Assembly: GCA_951406725.2 (NCBI GenBank)
Contig: OX597821.1
Span: forward strand, 87,792,001 to 87,856,000
DNA: 64,000 nucleotides
Direction of reading: 5' to 3'
Source of the DNA: Octopus vulgaris
Taxonomy: Eukaryota
The position numbers and the translations under genes were made by a program. This document shows, one piece after another, positions 12,900 to 26,084 of the stretch; positions within the stretch are counted from its first letter, which is position 1, and each line of letters starts with the position of its first letter. The notes beneath the pieces are model-generated. The model was not told the origin of the DNA. It searched no databases and worked only from the letters and a program-made list of their open reading frames with translations.

Positions 12900-13722
12900 T
12901 TGCGCCGGTTCGCGCACGCATACGCGCCGCATGCACCTCGCTCTTGGACCCGACGAGACCTCCCGCCCGTTCCTGGGACCGTCGCGTGTCGTTGGGTTTT
13001 CCCACGCCCGTCTCCGCGGGACCACTCTTCCATCTTCCCCTCAGCTGGAGTCCTTTTTCCTTAACCCCCCCTTTTTCGTTACACACACGCGCACACATAT
13101 ACACACATTGCTTAAATATATACATTACTCTTACACACATTCAATCTACTCGCCATTAATACCACCACGACACTGGACACACACACACACTACTACTCAA
13201 CACACGCTGGCATGCTACATACGCCCCCACCCCTTCCCCTCCCTCCCTTCCTCCTTCCTTCTTTTTCTTACTACTGACCTTGTCTGCTAAGCTGACCACT
13301 GTCTCGCCCTACCTCACACGCCTACACACAGACGCACACACTAACACATACATATATTTTTTGTTTTTTTATCTCGCCTCACACACACACATACACACAC
13401 GCACACGCACACACTCACACATACACACACATCTGTTGCGTTACCAACCTTGTCTCCACTCTTTTGCCTTTAAAAACCTACTTTGCTCTTGTTATCGTAA
13501 ACATCCGCCTTTCACCATGTGCAACTCGTAAACACCAGTCGTTCTTTTTCTCTATCCCGCTCTGGGATCTTTCTTTCCTCTCTCTTCCTTCTTTATGTTT
13601 CCGACGAAGAGCTCCGCTCGAAACGTCATACCTCCCTGCTTCCATTTCCTGAGCGCCTATTAATAATAATACTGTAATTGTTCCATTGTTGTTGTTTTTT
13701 TGTTTCCCGTTTGGATTAAAAT
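12900..13722 (+). mobile_element. Probable Penelope-like element 3' end (decayed endonuclease tail, CA-rich UTR, pLTR with hammerhead)
   Basis: GC-rich 12940-13075 weakly resembles 40290-40365. 13540-13722 is homologous to 966-1180, with CCGACGA-A-GAGC-TCC-GCTC-GAAACGTC at 13601-13627. Ends in (TA)n. Confidence 0.55.
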
Positions 13723-13963
13723 TATATATATATATATATACTTACAACATACAAACACTTACATATACAAACGTATACATACATATATATGCACGTATGC
13801 ACATGATCAGTTTAAATTGCCCGCCTATAACTCCTCGTGTGATATGGTCAAAATATCAACCGCAGTAAATATAATGACTAAATAAATATAAATTTATATC
13901 CTTATTTATATCCTTATTTATATAAATTTATATAAATTTACACACACACAAACACACACACAC

Positions 13964-14037
<74 letters not shown>

Positions 14038-14492
14038 ACATATGGGTGGGTAATTCGTAATTTTACAACCTAAAGGCAGAGATATATACGACACTAAAGT
14101 GGCAGAGTGCACTAATCAGCATCAGTTTTGCTAGAAATCAGTGTCAAAACAACTCAGTAGTCACAGGAAGCCTTTCTGTGGCTATTGAGTTTTTTAAATT
14201 CTTATTAGTAGCAGCAGTAGTGCCTATTGGTTCCTTTTGTCACTTTAGTGACGTATATATTATATACATACATTCATATATTCACACACATACACACAAA
14301 CACACACACACATGTATATATATATATATGTATGTACACAGACACACACATACAAAACATACTTATATATATAGATAGATAGATATATAAATATGTGTGT
14401 GTATTATGTGTGTGTATATATATGTGTATGTGTATGTGTGTATATATACATGTGTGTGTATGTGTATATATATATATATATGTGTGTGTGCA

Positions 14493-14701
14493 TGTGTGAT
14501 CACGTGTGTACCGTTGGCGATTTTTTCCCTCCGTCTTCCCTTCTTTGGATCTTTCCTTTTCGTATGTTTCTGACGAAGAGCGCCGCTCGAAACGTTAAAC
14601 CCTCCTTCTTTCCTTCTTTCCTGAGCGTCCAATAATACCATACTTGTTCCACGTCCTCGCGTTGTTGTGTTTTCTCTTTGTGTTTTCATGTTTGGATTAA
14701 C

Positions 14702-14702
<1 letters not shown>
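14493..14702 (+). mobile_element. Short Penelope-like pLTR fragment with canonical-core minimal hammerhead (14566-14600)
   Basis: GTTT-CTGACGA-A-GAGC-GCC-GCTC-GAAA-CG-TT-AAAC. Homologous to 966-1180 and flanked by microsatellite. Confidence 0.75.
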
Positions 14703-14773
<71 letters not shown>

Positions 14774-15640
14774 ATTATCATACCAGCTGAGGAAAACAGT
14801 AATTTCCACTACCTAACAACATAATACACACACACACATACACCCCCCACGTACACATATATATACACATACCGCATGCCACAACAGAATTAGAGCTAAA
14901 TATCGTCGGAAATATGGGACTAAATATATTAAATAACGCAGGTATGGTATACTTACTTTGAGCACTCTGAGTTTCTGTGCAACAATTCAATGAATGCTAC
15001 GCGTGTGTGTGTGTCTATGTGTGTGTGTGTGTCTATGTGTGTGTGTGTGTGCGTGTGTGTGTGTGTCTGTGTGTGTGTGTGTGTGTGTGTGTACATACGT
15101 ATTTGTGGGCGCGTGTGTAATTAGGTATGTGTTAACCATAAAGACGTATTGTCTCTGTAGGGATTTGAATTGATTTCCTGAGAACTAGTTTTTGAGAGGA
15201 ACACGCATAGAGAATACTTGACAACAATGAGACGAGAAAAGATATTTATTAAAGGTACATAGAGAATACATATGATGATAGAAAAACTGTCTGAGCTTCA
15301 AACCTGATTGTTTTGCTTGCCTTAGCGAAGCACAACCGCACATGCATTTTTTTCCTACGTATTAATTGTACTCGAAAAAAAAAATGTTTGTTTATCTTTT
15401 TTTGTTATTATTGTGCAAACATTTCATTTACTTATTTTATTTTATTTACTCAACTTTAGGAATTCGAGTTAGTAGAAAACAACCGTAAAAGTTTCGTAGT
15501 ACAATAACACAAAATGTATGTTTTGTGTACATTCACGCACACACATTTATATACACATATATATGTATACATAAATATACATAAATATACATATACATTT
15601 GCTTGTCTATGAACAGACGTTTTTATACATACACACATAC

Positions 15641-15676
<36 letters not shown>

Positions 15677-16096
15677 GCCTGTGTGAGTGACAAATGAAAG
15701 GAAATGCTGGGAAGCCATATTAAAAACCTAATTATATTGTAAGATGCTAGTTTTATACTTCAATCAAAGCGAAATACATAACAGTGTGGTAAGAAGCAAA
15801 GCTATACTATCTGTCCTAGTCATAAGTTATAGATATACTTTAACAGAATGAAAATAATGATTGCATTTAGAAAACTTCACACACAATTCTGTTTAGGAGG
15901 ATTGTGTTATTTACTATCAATACTAAGGTATGTAGGTGTGAATCTGCAAGAAAATATCAACATAAAGAACATTGGAAAGAAATACAAATAGCTACGAAAA
16001 CATGCTCGAACTAGAGTGTTCTCGTGTTCTCTCCTCGAAGGAAACATGTTGAAATAACACGATAGTTTATGGAGAGAATGAAATATCGACTCGGTA

Positions 16097-16346
16097 TACT
16101 CTTTTACTCTTTTACACTTTTACTCTTTTACTCTTTTACTCTTTTACTTGTTGCAGTCATTTGACTGCGGCCATGCTGGAGCACCGCCTTTAGTCGAACA
16201 AATCGGGACTTATTCTTCGTAAGCCCAGTACTTATTCTATCGGTTTCTTTTGCCGAACCGCTAAGTGACGGGGACGTAAACACACCAGCATCGGTTGTCA
16301 AGCAATGTTAAGGGAACAAACACAAACACACAAACATATACACACA

Positions 16347-16414
<68 letters not shown>

Positions 16415-16580
16415 TACGACAGGCTTCTTTCAGTTTCCGTCTACCAAATCCACTCACAAGGCTTTGGTCGGCCCGGGGCTATAGCAGAAGACACTTGCCC
16501 AAGATGCCACGCAGTGGGACTGAACCCGGAACCATGTGGTTGGTTAGCAAGCTACTTACCACACAGCCACTCCTGCGCCT
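16097..16580 (-). mobile_element. SINE family A, full length
   Basis: Close homolog of 489-910 with a long (TAAAAGAG)n tail. Confidence 0.9.
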
Positions 16581-17325
16581 ATCACTGGTTATATAAAATG
16601 CCGCGGACGATTTGCTTGATCGTTATAAATTTGTGAAACCCCAAAGGAATGTTTTATTTCTATCAAACACATGCTGGTCGCAGACACTTCATGCTTTCTT
16701 TTGTGTGATGTGTGATTCACTCATGCATCTGTGTCTACAGAAAGAAATAATTCAGGCCCTATAATGATTATGTAGAGTTATACACGTATATTTATAGATC
16801 TTCCATGATATCTATTTCTGCCCAGTCCATGTCCGTCTGTCGATTTGTCTACCTGTTTCTGTCTGTCTGTCTGTCTCTCTCAATCTATCTCTATGCTTTA
16901 TACTATATATCCATGCATTTATATGAGTTTACGTACGTAAGTAATTACACATACATACACACACATACACAAACATATAAACACACACACACATACAAAT
17001 ACACACACACAAGAAATATATACGTACACATATGCACGCATATATACACAAATATATGCTACCGCATGAGGCAGATCGATAGATAGCTAGAGAGAGAGAG
17101 ACAAGGAGAGAGTGAGAGAGGGGGGAGAAAAAGAGAGGGGGGAAGCGTGAGAGTAACATTATGAAGAGAAAGAGATTGGTGTGCGTATGCGTCCTTGTGA
17201 GTTTATATGTAAGTATGAATCTCTCTCTCTCTCTCTCTCTTTCTCTGTATATATATATTTCCCTCTTTCTCTCTCCCTCACTATATATATATATACATAT
17301 GCATTATATATATAAATATACATGC

Positions 17326-17360
<35 letters not shown>

Positions 17361-17466
17361 GTAATATATATGTATATATTTGATATACATATACAGTATA
17401 TATACATACATATATATATATATATATACGTAATATATATATGATATATTTAATATACATATACAG

Positions 17467-17498
<32 letters not shown>

Positions 17499-18302
17499 CA
17501 TATATATATACATATATATACACACACATATTATATATATATAAACATATATATGTATATATATGTATATATATATATATTATATATATCTATATATATA
17601 AACACGTATATAGACACACACACACACATATATATATATTATATGAACACGTAGAGGAAAAATAGAAAAAATACAGAACTAGAAAGAGAAAGAGAAAGAT
17701 AGGTAGATAGATAGATAGATAAATAGATAGGTAAATAGATAGATAGAAAGGAAGAGAGTGTGAGAAAGAGAAAGAAAGGGGGTGGGAAAGAAAAATGTAG
17801 AGGCACTTATGGACAAGCACAGGTAGAGTATAAGAAGGAAGAATCGGTCATGAGTTTGCAAACAAACAATCTATAAAAAGAAAGCCGTATCAACTGCACA
17901 TCACGCAGTCTTTTAACTGCTGAACCATTCTTAACAATAGTGACATGAGAGATTCTTCGCTGAGATTCTATGTAATGGGAAGTTTAAAGACACCTGTGCG
18001 TTCATCAAACGTCACTTAAAGAATAAAATACTTTCATTGAATCCTAAAACGCAGCCATCATTTAATATTGAATCACGCACACATAGACACAAAGGGTTGT
18101 TCACTGACCCTTCAGGGGCAATAGTACTTATTTAATTTCTTTTCTTTTGCATTTATTGTTTACTTATTTCGTTATTAATTTTTTGTTGTATATTCGTGTT
18201 GTGTGTTTATAGTTTATTTTTCTGTTAGCTTTTTATATTTCTGGTAGGTTTTCAGAAATAGAAAGAAAGAAAAAAAAATACAAAAACAATGAAATGATCA
18301 TA

Positions 18303-18622
18303 GGCGCAGGAGTGGCTGTGTGGTAAGTAGCTTGCTTACGAACCACATGGTTCCGGGTTCAGTCCCACTGCGTGGCACCTTGGGCAAGTATCTTCTGCTA
18401 TAGCCTCGGGCCGACCAAAGCCTTGTGAGTGGATTTGGTAGACGGAAACTGAAAGAAGCCCGTTGTATATATGCATTTATATATATGTGTGTGTGTATAC
18501 GTTGTGTGTCTGTGTTTGTCCTCCGACCTCAACATCGCTTTATAATCGATGCTGGTGTGTTTACGTCCCCGTGACTTAGCGGTTCGGCAAAAAGAGACCG
18601 ATAGAATAAGTACTAGGCTTAC
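18303..18622 (+). mobile_element. SINE family A, 3'-truncated
   Basis: Head and body intact, breaks off next to SINE B. Confidence 0.85.
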
Positions 18623-18629
18623 ATCAAAC

Positions 18630-19012
18630 TTTGGTGCAAGGTCAGCAAGCGCGGGTGAGTTGTAAGTCGATGACATCGATCTCAGTGTTTAGCTGGTACT
18701 TATTTTATCGACCACAAAACGACGAAAGGCAACGTCGACCTCGGTGGAATTTGAACTCAGAACTTAAAGAGGGTCGAAGTACCTATTTCTTTACTACCCA
18801 CAAAGGACTAAACACAGAGGGGACAAACAAGGACAGACAAACGGATTAAGTCGTTTACATCGACCCCAGTGTGTAATTGGTACTTAATTTATTGACCCCG
18901 AAAGGATGAAAGGCAAAGTCGACCTCGGCGGAATTTGAACTCAGAACGCAACGGCAGACGAAGTATCGCTAAGCATTTGCCCAGCGTGCTAACGCTTCTG
19001 GCAGATTGCCGT
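18630..19012 (-). mobile_element. SINE family B, dimeric form
   Basis: Minus strand GGCAATCTGCCAGAAGCGTTAGCACG...GAGTTCAAATTCCGCCGAGGTCGACTTTGCCTTTCATCCTTTCGGGGTC, followed by a second partial body. Confidence 0.85.
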
Positions 19013-19341
19013 ATTAGAGAAAGCAATTAAATATCACCAGTAATATTGTCCGGCATTTTAACGCTTCTGCCAATTCAAGGACCTAGCATCTATAGTGATA
19101 ACAATACAAATATTTTTTGTGCAAGGTTCACTGAAAGTCTTCAATTTATTTTTCTAATATCTTCCTCATTACTTGTTGAAAAGGGGCTCACATGTGTCCC
19201 TAATTTTTTTCGCATGTCATTGACCAGAAAAATGGTGGCACGTCCAGGAAACTGATTCAGAATAAATGTATTTTAATATATGTTTATGCTTCGTTTTATT
19301 TTTAGATCACGTTCTCCTTAAGTTAAATGTATGTATGTATG

Positions 19342-19372
<31 letters not shown>

Positions 19373-20258
19373 GTATATATGTATGTATTTATGTATGTAT
19401 GTATGTATATGTGTGTATATGTATGAATTTGTAAATGCACACATATATATGTACACACAAAAATACATATAGATATGTTTATGTACGTAAGCATACGCAC
19501 AGAAATACATAAACACCCACTCACACATACACTCACATATATAAATATATACATGCATATACATGTATACTGAAATACAGACTGATAGTGGAATATATAC
19601 ACTCATGTACACACATAGGTATAAGCGCGAACACACACACACACATCCTGTCACAAACACACAAATTCGCGCACAGAAACACACACACATATTGTTTTAG
19701 TGTTAGTAGAAGGTTAAAATAATAGAAATATTTAGTATGAATGGGGAATTCAAGACGTTTCTCTGACGGAAGGCAAGTCGAAAGACAATGGATAATGTAT
19801 GACACATGAGACTCACAATGCATTATCGTTACCATAGCTGTGGTCTGTGGTGGAGGCGGTGGAGTCTACGGCGCGGCGGTGGTGATGGCGAGGGTTGCGG
19901 AGAGGGTTTTGTGGTTTTGTGGTAGTGTCTAATAAAACGATGGTGCAGATGGTTATAGTGGTGGTGGTGTCGAAAAATTTGCTTCGTGGTTGGGGATGGT
20001 GGTTGTGGCGGGGTGGGGAGTGGGGGTAATGTTTAGTGGCAGAGGAAATTGCCGTTTCAGTTCTGCTGTGGTGTAGCCCCGTGAATGTGTGGTACCGTTG
20101 TGTTTATAGAGGATGTAGAAGAGGAAATCGAGGTGGGTTTTGGTTGTGTGAAAACAATGAGATAAAGGAAAAAATGTCAGTGAGAAAGTGTGTAGGACAC
20201 AATAGCTAGCTTCAGAAAAGAAAAGACATTTAATCATATGCATACACATGCACAACAC

Positions 20259-20305
<47 letters not shown>

Positions 20306-20356
20306 AACACACATGCACACACATACGCACACACACACACACACATAGACACATAC

Positions 20357-20495
20357 AGGTGTAGGTGTGTGGTAAGTCTGCTTCCCAACCACATAGTTCC
20401 AGGTTCAGTCTTACTATGTGGTACCTGCTATAGCCTCGGGACAACAAAAGCCTTGCGAGTGGATCTTGTTGCAGAAATTGAAAGGAGCCTTCTTA
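20357..20495 (+). mobile_element. SINE family A 5' half, running into (CATA)n (20495-20930)
   Basis: Diverged head homology. Confidence 0.7.
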
Positions 20496-20713
20496 TACAT
20501 ACATACATACATACATACATACATACATACATACATGCATGCATACACACACACATACATACATACATACATACACACACATACATACATACATACATAC
20601 ATACATACATACATACATACATACATACACACATACATACACACATACATACATACATACACACACATACATACATACATACATACATACACACACATAC
20701 ATACATATATACA

Positions 20714-20747
<34 letters not shown>

Positions 20748-21387
20748 CATATACACATACATGCATGCATACATACATACATATATACATATACACATAC
20801 ACACACACATACATACATACATACATGCACACACACACACACATACATACATACATACATACATACATACATACATACGTAGATACATACACACATACAT
20901 ACCTACATACATACGTAGATACATACGTACATTTACATATGTGTGTGTGTTTGTGTGTGTATATGTATGTATGCATGTATGTATGTAGTCAACAGATGAG
21001 ATCCAGAGATGATCTATATAGAAAACACTTAGTGTCTCTCAAATAACTCGAATTTACACTCCAAAATCTTTACCGATGACTAAGTTCCGGTTTCCGTCTT
21101 CAGGGTGAAGAGATAGGTACCTTAGTTTCGGCGTAGTTAATTTATGAACAAAATCTCAAAAAATTTCTTTGTTCACCATATGTACTCTGTGACCTTTCTT
21201 CTCAGAGAGACCAGTGAATGGAACATGAAAGAGTTCTCTTCTCAGTATTCCCTCTCGATACCTAAGGAGGCGCAAGGAGTTCTGAATAATGGTTATATAT
21301 CTTACAATTTAAACGCCACTTCACTTACATATACGCGCATACATATATACATACACATACAAACATACATACATATACGTGCACATA

Positions 21388-21770
21388 GGCGCAGGAGTGG
21401 CTGTGTGGTAAGTAGCTTGCTTATCAACCACATGGTTCTGGGTTCAGTCCCACTACGTGGCACTTTGGGCAAATGTTTTCTACTATAACATTGTGAGTGG
21501 ATTTGGTAGACGGAAACAGAAAGAAAGAAGCCCGTCGTATATATGTATGTGTGTGTATATGTTTGTGTGTCTGTATTTGTTCCCCTCCCACCAACATCGC
21601 TTGGCAACAGATGCTGGTTTGTTTACGTCCCGTTAACTAGCGGTTCGGCAAGAGACCGATAGAATAAGTACTAGGCTTACAAAGGATGAGTCTTGGGGTC
21701 GATTTGCTTGACTAAAAGGCGGTGCTCCAGCATGGCCGCAGTCAAATGCCTGAAAACAAGTAAAGAGTAT
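21388..21770 (+). mobile_element. SINE family A, near full length
   Basis: Head at GGCGCAGGAG, tail GAAAACAAGTAAAGAG. Confidence 0.9.
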
Positions 21771-22188
21771 ACATACACACACACATATATATGAATTATA
21801 GTCACAAAAATAGGGAACAGAAAGGGAAATAGATTATATAGTAGAAAAAAAGGGATAGAGGGTAGGAGAGGAAGATAGAAAGAGCGATAGAAAATGGTAA
21901 CGAATTTCGAAGAGGAGAGGAAGCGGTGGCGGCGGGGGTTGATTATTAAGATTTCAGCTCAAATCTCATTGCATTCAGGAACATCACACTAACTCACCCT
22001 GGAAGAGGTTTGGGTCAACGAAAATCAATTAGATGTGAGAAAGCGCAGTAAAATGATTTATTTATTATTCATTTTTAATTCCCGTCCTTTTTTTCTCTTC
22101 TTTATAAATTAGCAGTGAAATAGTGCAGATTATGAAGTTATATATATATATATGTATATATATAATATAGATAATATATATATAATAC

Positions 22189-22320
<132 letters not shown>

Positions 22321-22654
22321 TTGGAGAACAGAAAGGAAACGAAACGACGCGAGGGCGCTCAGTCATGCAATAATGTAATAAATAAAATATATGCATACAT
22401 ACATACATATATGTACGTACCTACATCTACATGTATATATACGTGCATATATAAATATATATATACGTGAGTACAGGACACCACAAATAGACGTAGAACT
22501 CACCGAGAAACGAAAACGTAAAAACAAACATGGAAACGAACCTTTTTTTAACAACGGAAATACAGAGTACAAGACAAACATATATGTGTGTATATATAAA
22601 TATATATATATATGTGTATGTATGTATATATACATGTGTGTGTGTGTGTATGTG

Positions 22655-22818
22655 TGTGGCTGTGCGGTAAGAAGTTTTGTTCCCAACCACATTCTTCTGG
22701 TTTGAGTTCCACTGCATGGCATCTTGGGCAAGTGTTTTCTACTATAGCCTCGGGCCTACCAAAGCCTTGTGAGTGGATTTGGTAGACGGAAACTGAAAGA
22801 AGCCCGTTGTATGAATGC

Positions 22819-22857
<39 letters not shown>

Positions 22858-22910
22858 TGTGCGTGTCTTTGTGTTTGAGTTTGCCCCACCCCCACTCGCA
22901 TCCGTTGCTA
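22655..22910 (+). mobile_element. SINE family A, 5' half
   Basis: Homologous to other copies. Confidence 0.8.
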
Positions 22911-22929
22911 GCATTTTTTTAGAGAAGGG

Positions 22930-23535
22930 TTGGACAATAGCACCGATTCTGTACTGCATTGATGCCTTATTTTATCGAGCCCAGAGCGATAAAATGGAAA
23001 TTTGACGCTGGTTCGATATGAACTGAGAACATAAATAGTCGGAAGAAATAACGAAAAGTATTTTTTCAACGCTCCAACGATTCTGCAAGTTCGCCGCCTT
23101 TGAGCATTAAATAACAACAAAAGCCTAAACAACCATTCCAGGGCCCCCAGTGTTCTACAGTCATTAAGAAATCCTTGCTAATTACAGCCTATGCTCAATA
23201 TATATTCAATATAAGTTTCAAATTTTGGCACACGTCCAGCAATTTAGGAGGAAGTGGGTCAAATTGATTACATCAACACCGGTGCTCCTCGAAAGAATGA
23301 AAGACAAAATTGAACGCGGCGGAATTTGAACTCAGAACCTAAAGACGAACGAAATGTCGCTAAACATTTTTGCCCAGCGTGCTAACGATTCTGCCAGCTC
23401 ATCGCCTTTGAGCATTAAATAACAATATTAACTAAATCAAAAATAACCATTCTAGGGCCCCGCAATGTTCTACAGTCATTAAGATGGTGATGCTAGATAC
23501 AGCCCCATGCTCCGCATGTTATATTCATTATAATA
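22930..23535 (-). repeat. ~310-bp tandem duplication of a SINE B copy plus flank
   Basis: CGCCTTTGAGCATTAAATAACAA...GTTCTACAGTCATTAAGA occurs at ~23095 and ~23403, each preceded by a minus-strand SINE B. Confidence 0.75.
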
Positions 23536-23718
23536 TTACGAATGAAACACTACGCTCTCTGCACACAGAGCATATTATATACACTAACTACCCAATAAAG
23601 TAACACTACATTTAACTCATACATAATGAATATACGACACTATGATACCAGCAGCTTTTATTCTCTGCAATTTCATCCTTTATACACAGCGTACAAACCA
23701 CGTTGCATATACAACCAC

Positions 23719-24398
23719 CAGTGGCGGCTCGCAGATAAAATTAGTAGGGATGTTGCTTCAGAAAATTTTAAACTGTTGTTTTAATATTGTATAAAAGGAG
23801 ACAAACATAAAAAAGAAAATTTATACATAAACTTGATCAGTTCGCGTTTTGGCCACTGCCGAGTAGTGTGTTTAATTTGTTCACTGAACACCGCCGCGAA
23901 TTCTCTCTTGTTTTTCAAAATTCCCCCCTAAATCACAAAATCTGCCCTATTTTTCAAATCCTGGCAGCAACACAGAAGCTGGAAGCAGGATAATAATCTA
24001 ATTCTACACTTTATCACATTCAAGAATATAAACACGTTTTTAAGCACAACACACGCGGAGTCAAAAAGAAACACTACTTTTCACCCGGCACTGTCGTTCA
24101 CGCAATGCTTTCTCTCCCTAGGGTGAAGCTTCCTATCACGGACATGTGAGCATACCTACAACAACCAAACACCGCGTCGCTGGAACTGTGAAGCACACAG
24201 TTCTCTACAAAGACTTTTGTATTTTTTTCATAAACTAGGGGATCGCTACTGACATTAAGCTTAAGGATTATTATAATGTACAGGTATAAAGAAAAGATTA
24301 AAGAAAAAAAGGACGCATTATATTGAATGCTATCGATAATATCGAGTGGAAATAGGGGGTGCTGCAGTTCCGCAATTCCTACACACGAACCACCACTG
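23719..24398. mobile_element. hAT-superfamily MITE
   Basis: TIRs CAGTGGCGGCTCG / CGAACCACCACTG. Perfect 8-bp TSD ACAACCAC at 23711-23718 and 24399-24406. Confidence 0.9.
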
Positions 24399-24610
24399 AC
24401 AACCACTGTCCAATACTAAAGTACATAACACTAGTGACACAGGCATATATAACTGATAGTTATTTTATTGATATCTGGAGAGATTATTAAAAGTTTGTTT
24501 GAACTTAAATGTAACAATAGTCTATAATATTTTACTAAGACGCCGACAACAACAACGAAAAACAAGTACAAAATGGTACTAAGAACTATAACAAGCATAA
24601 GCAGAAATAA

Positions 24611-24843
24611 CTATTTCTTTACTACCCACAAAGGGCTAAACATAGAGGGGAAAACAAGGACAGAAAAACGGATTAAGACGATTATATCGACCCAAGTGCG
24701 TAACTGGTACTTATTTAATCGACCCCGAAAGGATGAAAAGCAAAGTCGACCTCGGCGGAATTTGAACTCAGAACGTAGCGGCAGACAAAATACGGCTAAG
24801 CATTTCGCCCGGCGTGCTAATGATTCTGCCAGCTCACCGCCTT
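24611..24843 (-). mobile_element. SINE family B, monomer
   Basis: 14-bp TSD ATAAGCAG(A/G)AATAA at 24597-24610 and 24844-24857. Confidence 0.9.
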
Positions 24844-25730
24844 ATAAGCAGGAATAACGGCATCACCAACAGTAGCAACAGCAGCGAGTAACAACAACAA
24901 TAGATGTTGCATCAAGAACAGAACATCAAAGCTGAAGCGAGACTAAACAACAATAGCAATAGCACGAACATAAAACCAGTAGAAAACGAATAAAAAGCCA
25001 CGAGCTGGAGTTGGTTACCCACCAGAACCTTTACCTTATCTTCCCACCATACATTCCTCATAAACACTTATCCAGTTAATATTTACCCCTCACACCTTTC
25101 ACTTACAATATTTCAGACTAGACGCTAACCGTATCAAGTTTCTCTAATTCCTCAGCCCTCCTGCAGGCTCACGGGAACCTTAGAACTATAAGTATATAAC
25201 CACACCAATCCTCCTTCCTACTAAGCATTAAAATAAATGTACCGCTATTTACATCAATGTGTACAACTAGGTGGTTTCAAGTCCGTCGGCAACTACGTGG
25301 TTTCAAGTTCAATTCCGTTGCACATCACCCTGGGTAAGTGTTTTCTGCTATAGCTTAAAAGACTCGAGACTGAAATTTACTCGATAGAAATTTTGTGAAG
25401 CCCTCTTGATGGACTTTTCCGGTTCTTAGACCAGGCATAGTCCGCTACTAGTTCAATTAGACCCTTGTCCATTGAGAGCGTGCTGCAAGCATTTCGGAAA
25501 GGGCTCTGATTTGAATACAAATTCCTCCCTGTCTCTCACCAGTTATGGTGGCTCATAAAATAATTCGAGTCCTACCCGTCTTAAAAATAAAAACTCAAAC
25601 ACCGAAATCGAAAATAACTATCTCAAGTCTCATTCCCTTGTTTTTCTTATGAAATGAGAAAAGAAAAATATTTTAGTTCTGAGTGTAGAGAGGCTTCATC
25701 ACCCAGACACATCTATAACATCATCCGATC

Positions 25731-26035
25731 TCTACCACAAGACCATCCTAAAAATAGCAATCATTGAACTCAGTAACTGAAAGTATAAGTACGCTGTCAG
25801 CTGTCCAGACGCATCAACAACGTCCTCGGAAACCTATTACATCACCATCCTAAGAACAGTAACATTTAAACTCCGTAACTGCAGGTAAATATACGCTGTC
25901 AGCTGCACAGATACATCTGCAGCAGACTCAGTGCACTATTACAATTCCATGTTAAGAACAGTAGTCATTAGATTATTCTAATGCAGAAAAGATAGACGTA
26001 TCTGCAAGTCTACTACAAAACTATACTTACAATTA
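25731..26035. repeat. Degenerate ~102-bp tandem repeat (~3 units)
   Basis: CTAYYACAWNNCCATSYTAARAAYAG-like starts at 25731, 25834 and 25935; TACGCTGTCAGCTG repeated. Confidence 0.7.
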
Positions 26036-26084
26036 TGCAATATTATCCTAACTCAGTGGTTCTCAGCAGGGGTCCATATATATT

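Noticed and set aside
11244-13290. 623-aa and 653-aa His/Thr/Tyr-rich ORFs
   Set aside because: Translations of a degenerate CA repeat, open in several frames; no domain content.
21070-21110. Minus-strand CTGAAGA-CGGAAACCG-GAAC hammerhead-like motif
   Set aside because: GAAA box is imperfect and stem I is unconvincing; at most a decayed copy.
21990-22015. Minus-strand CCTCTTCCAG-G-GTGAGT possible exon end or micro-exon
   Set aside because: Splice-like motifs alone occur by chance; no supporting ORF or transcript evidence.
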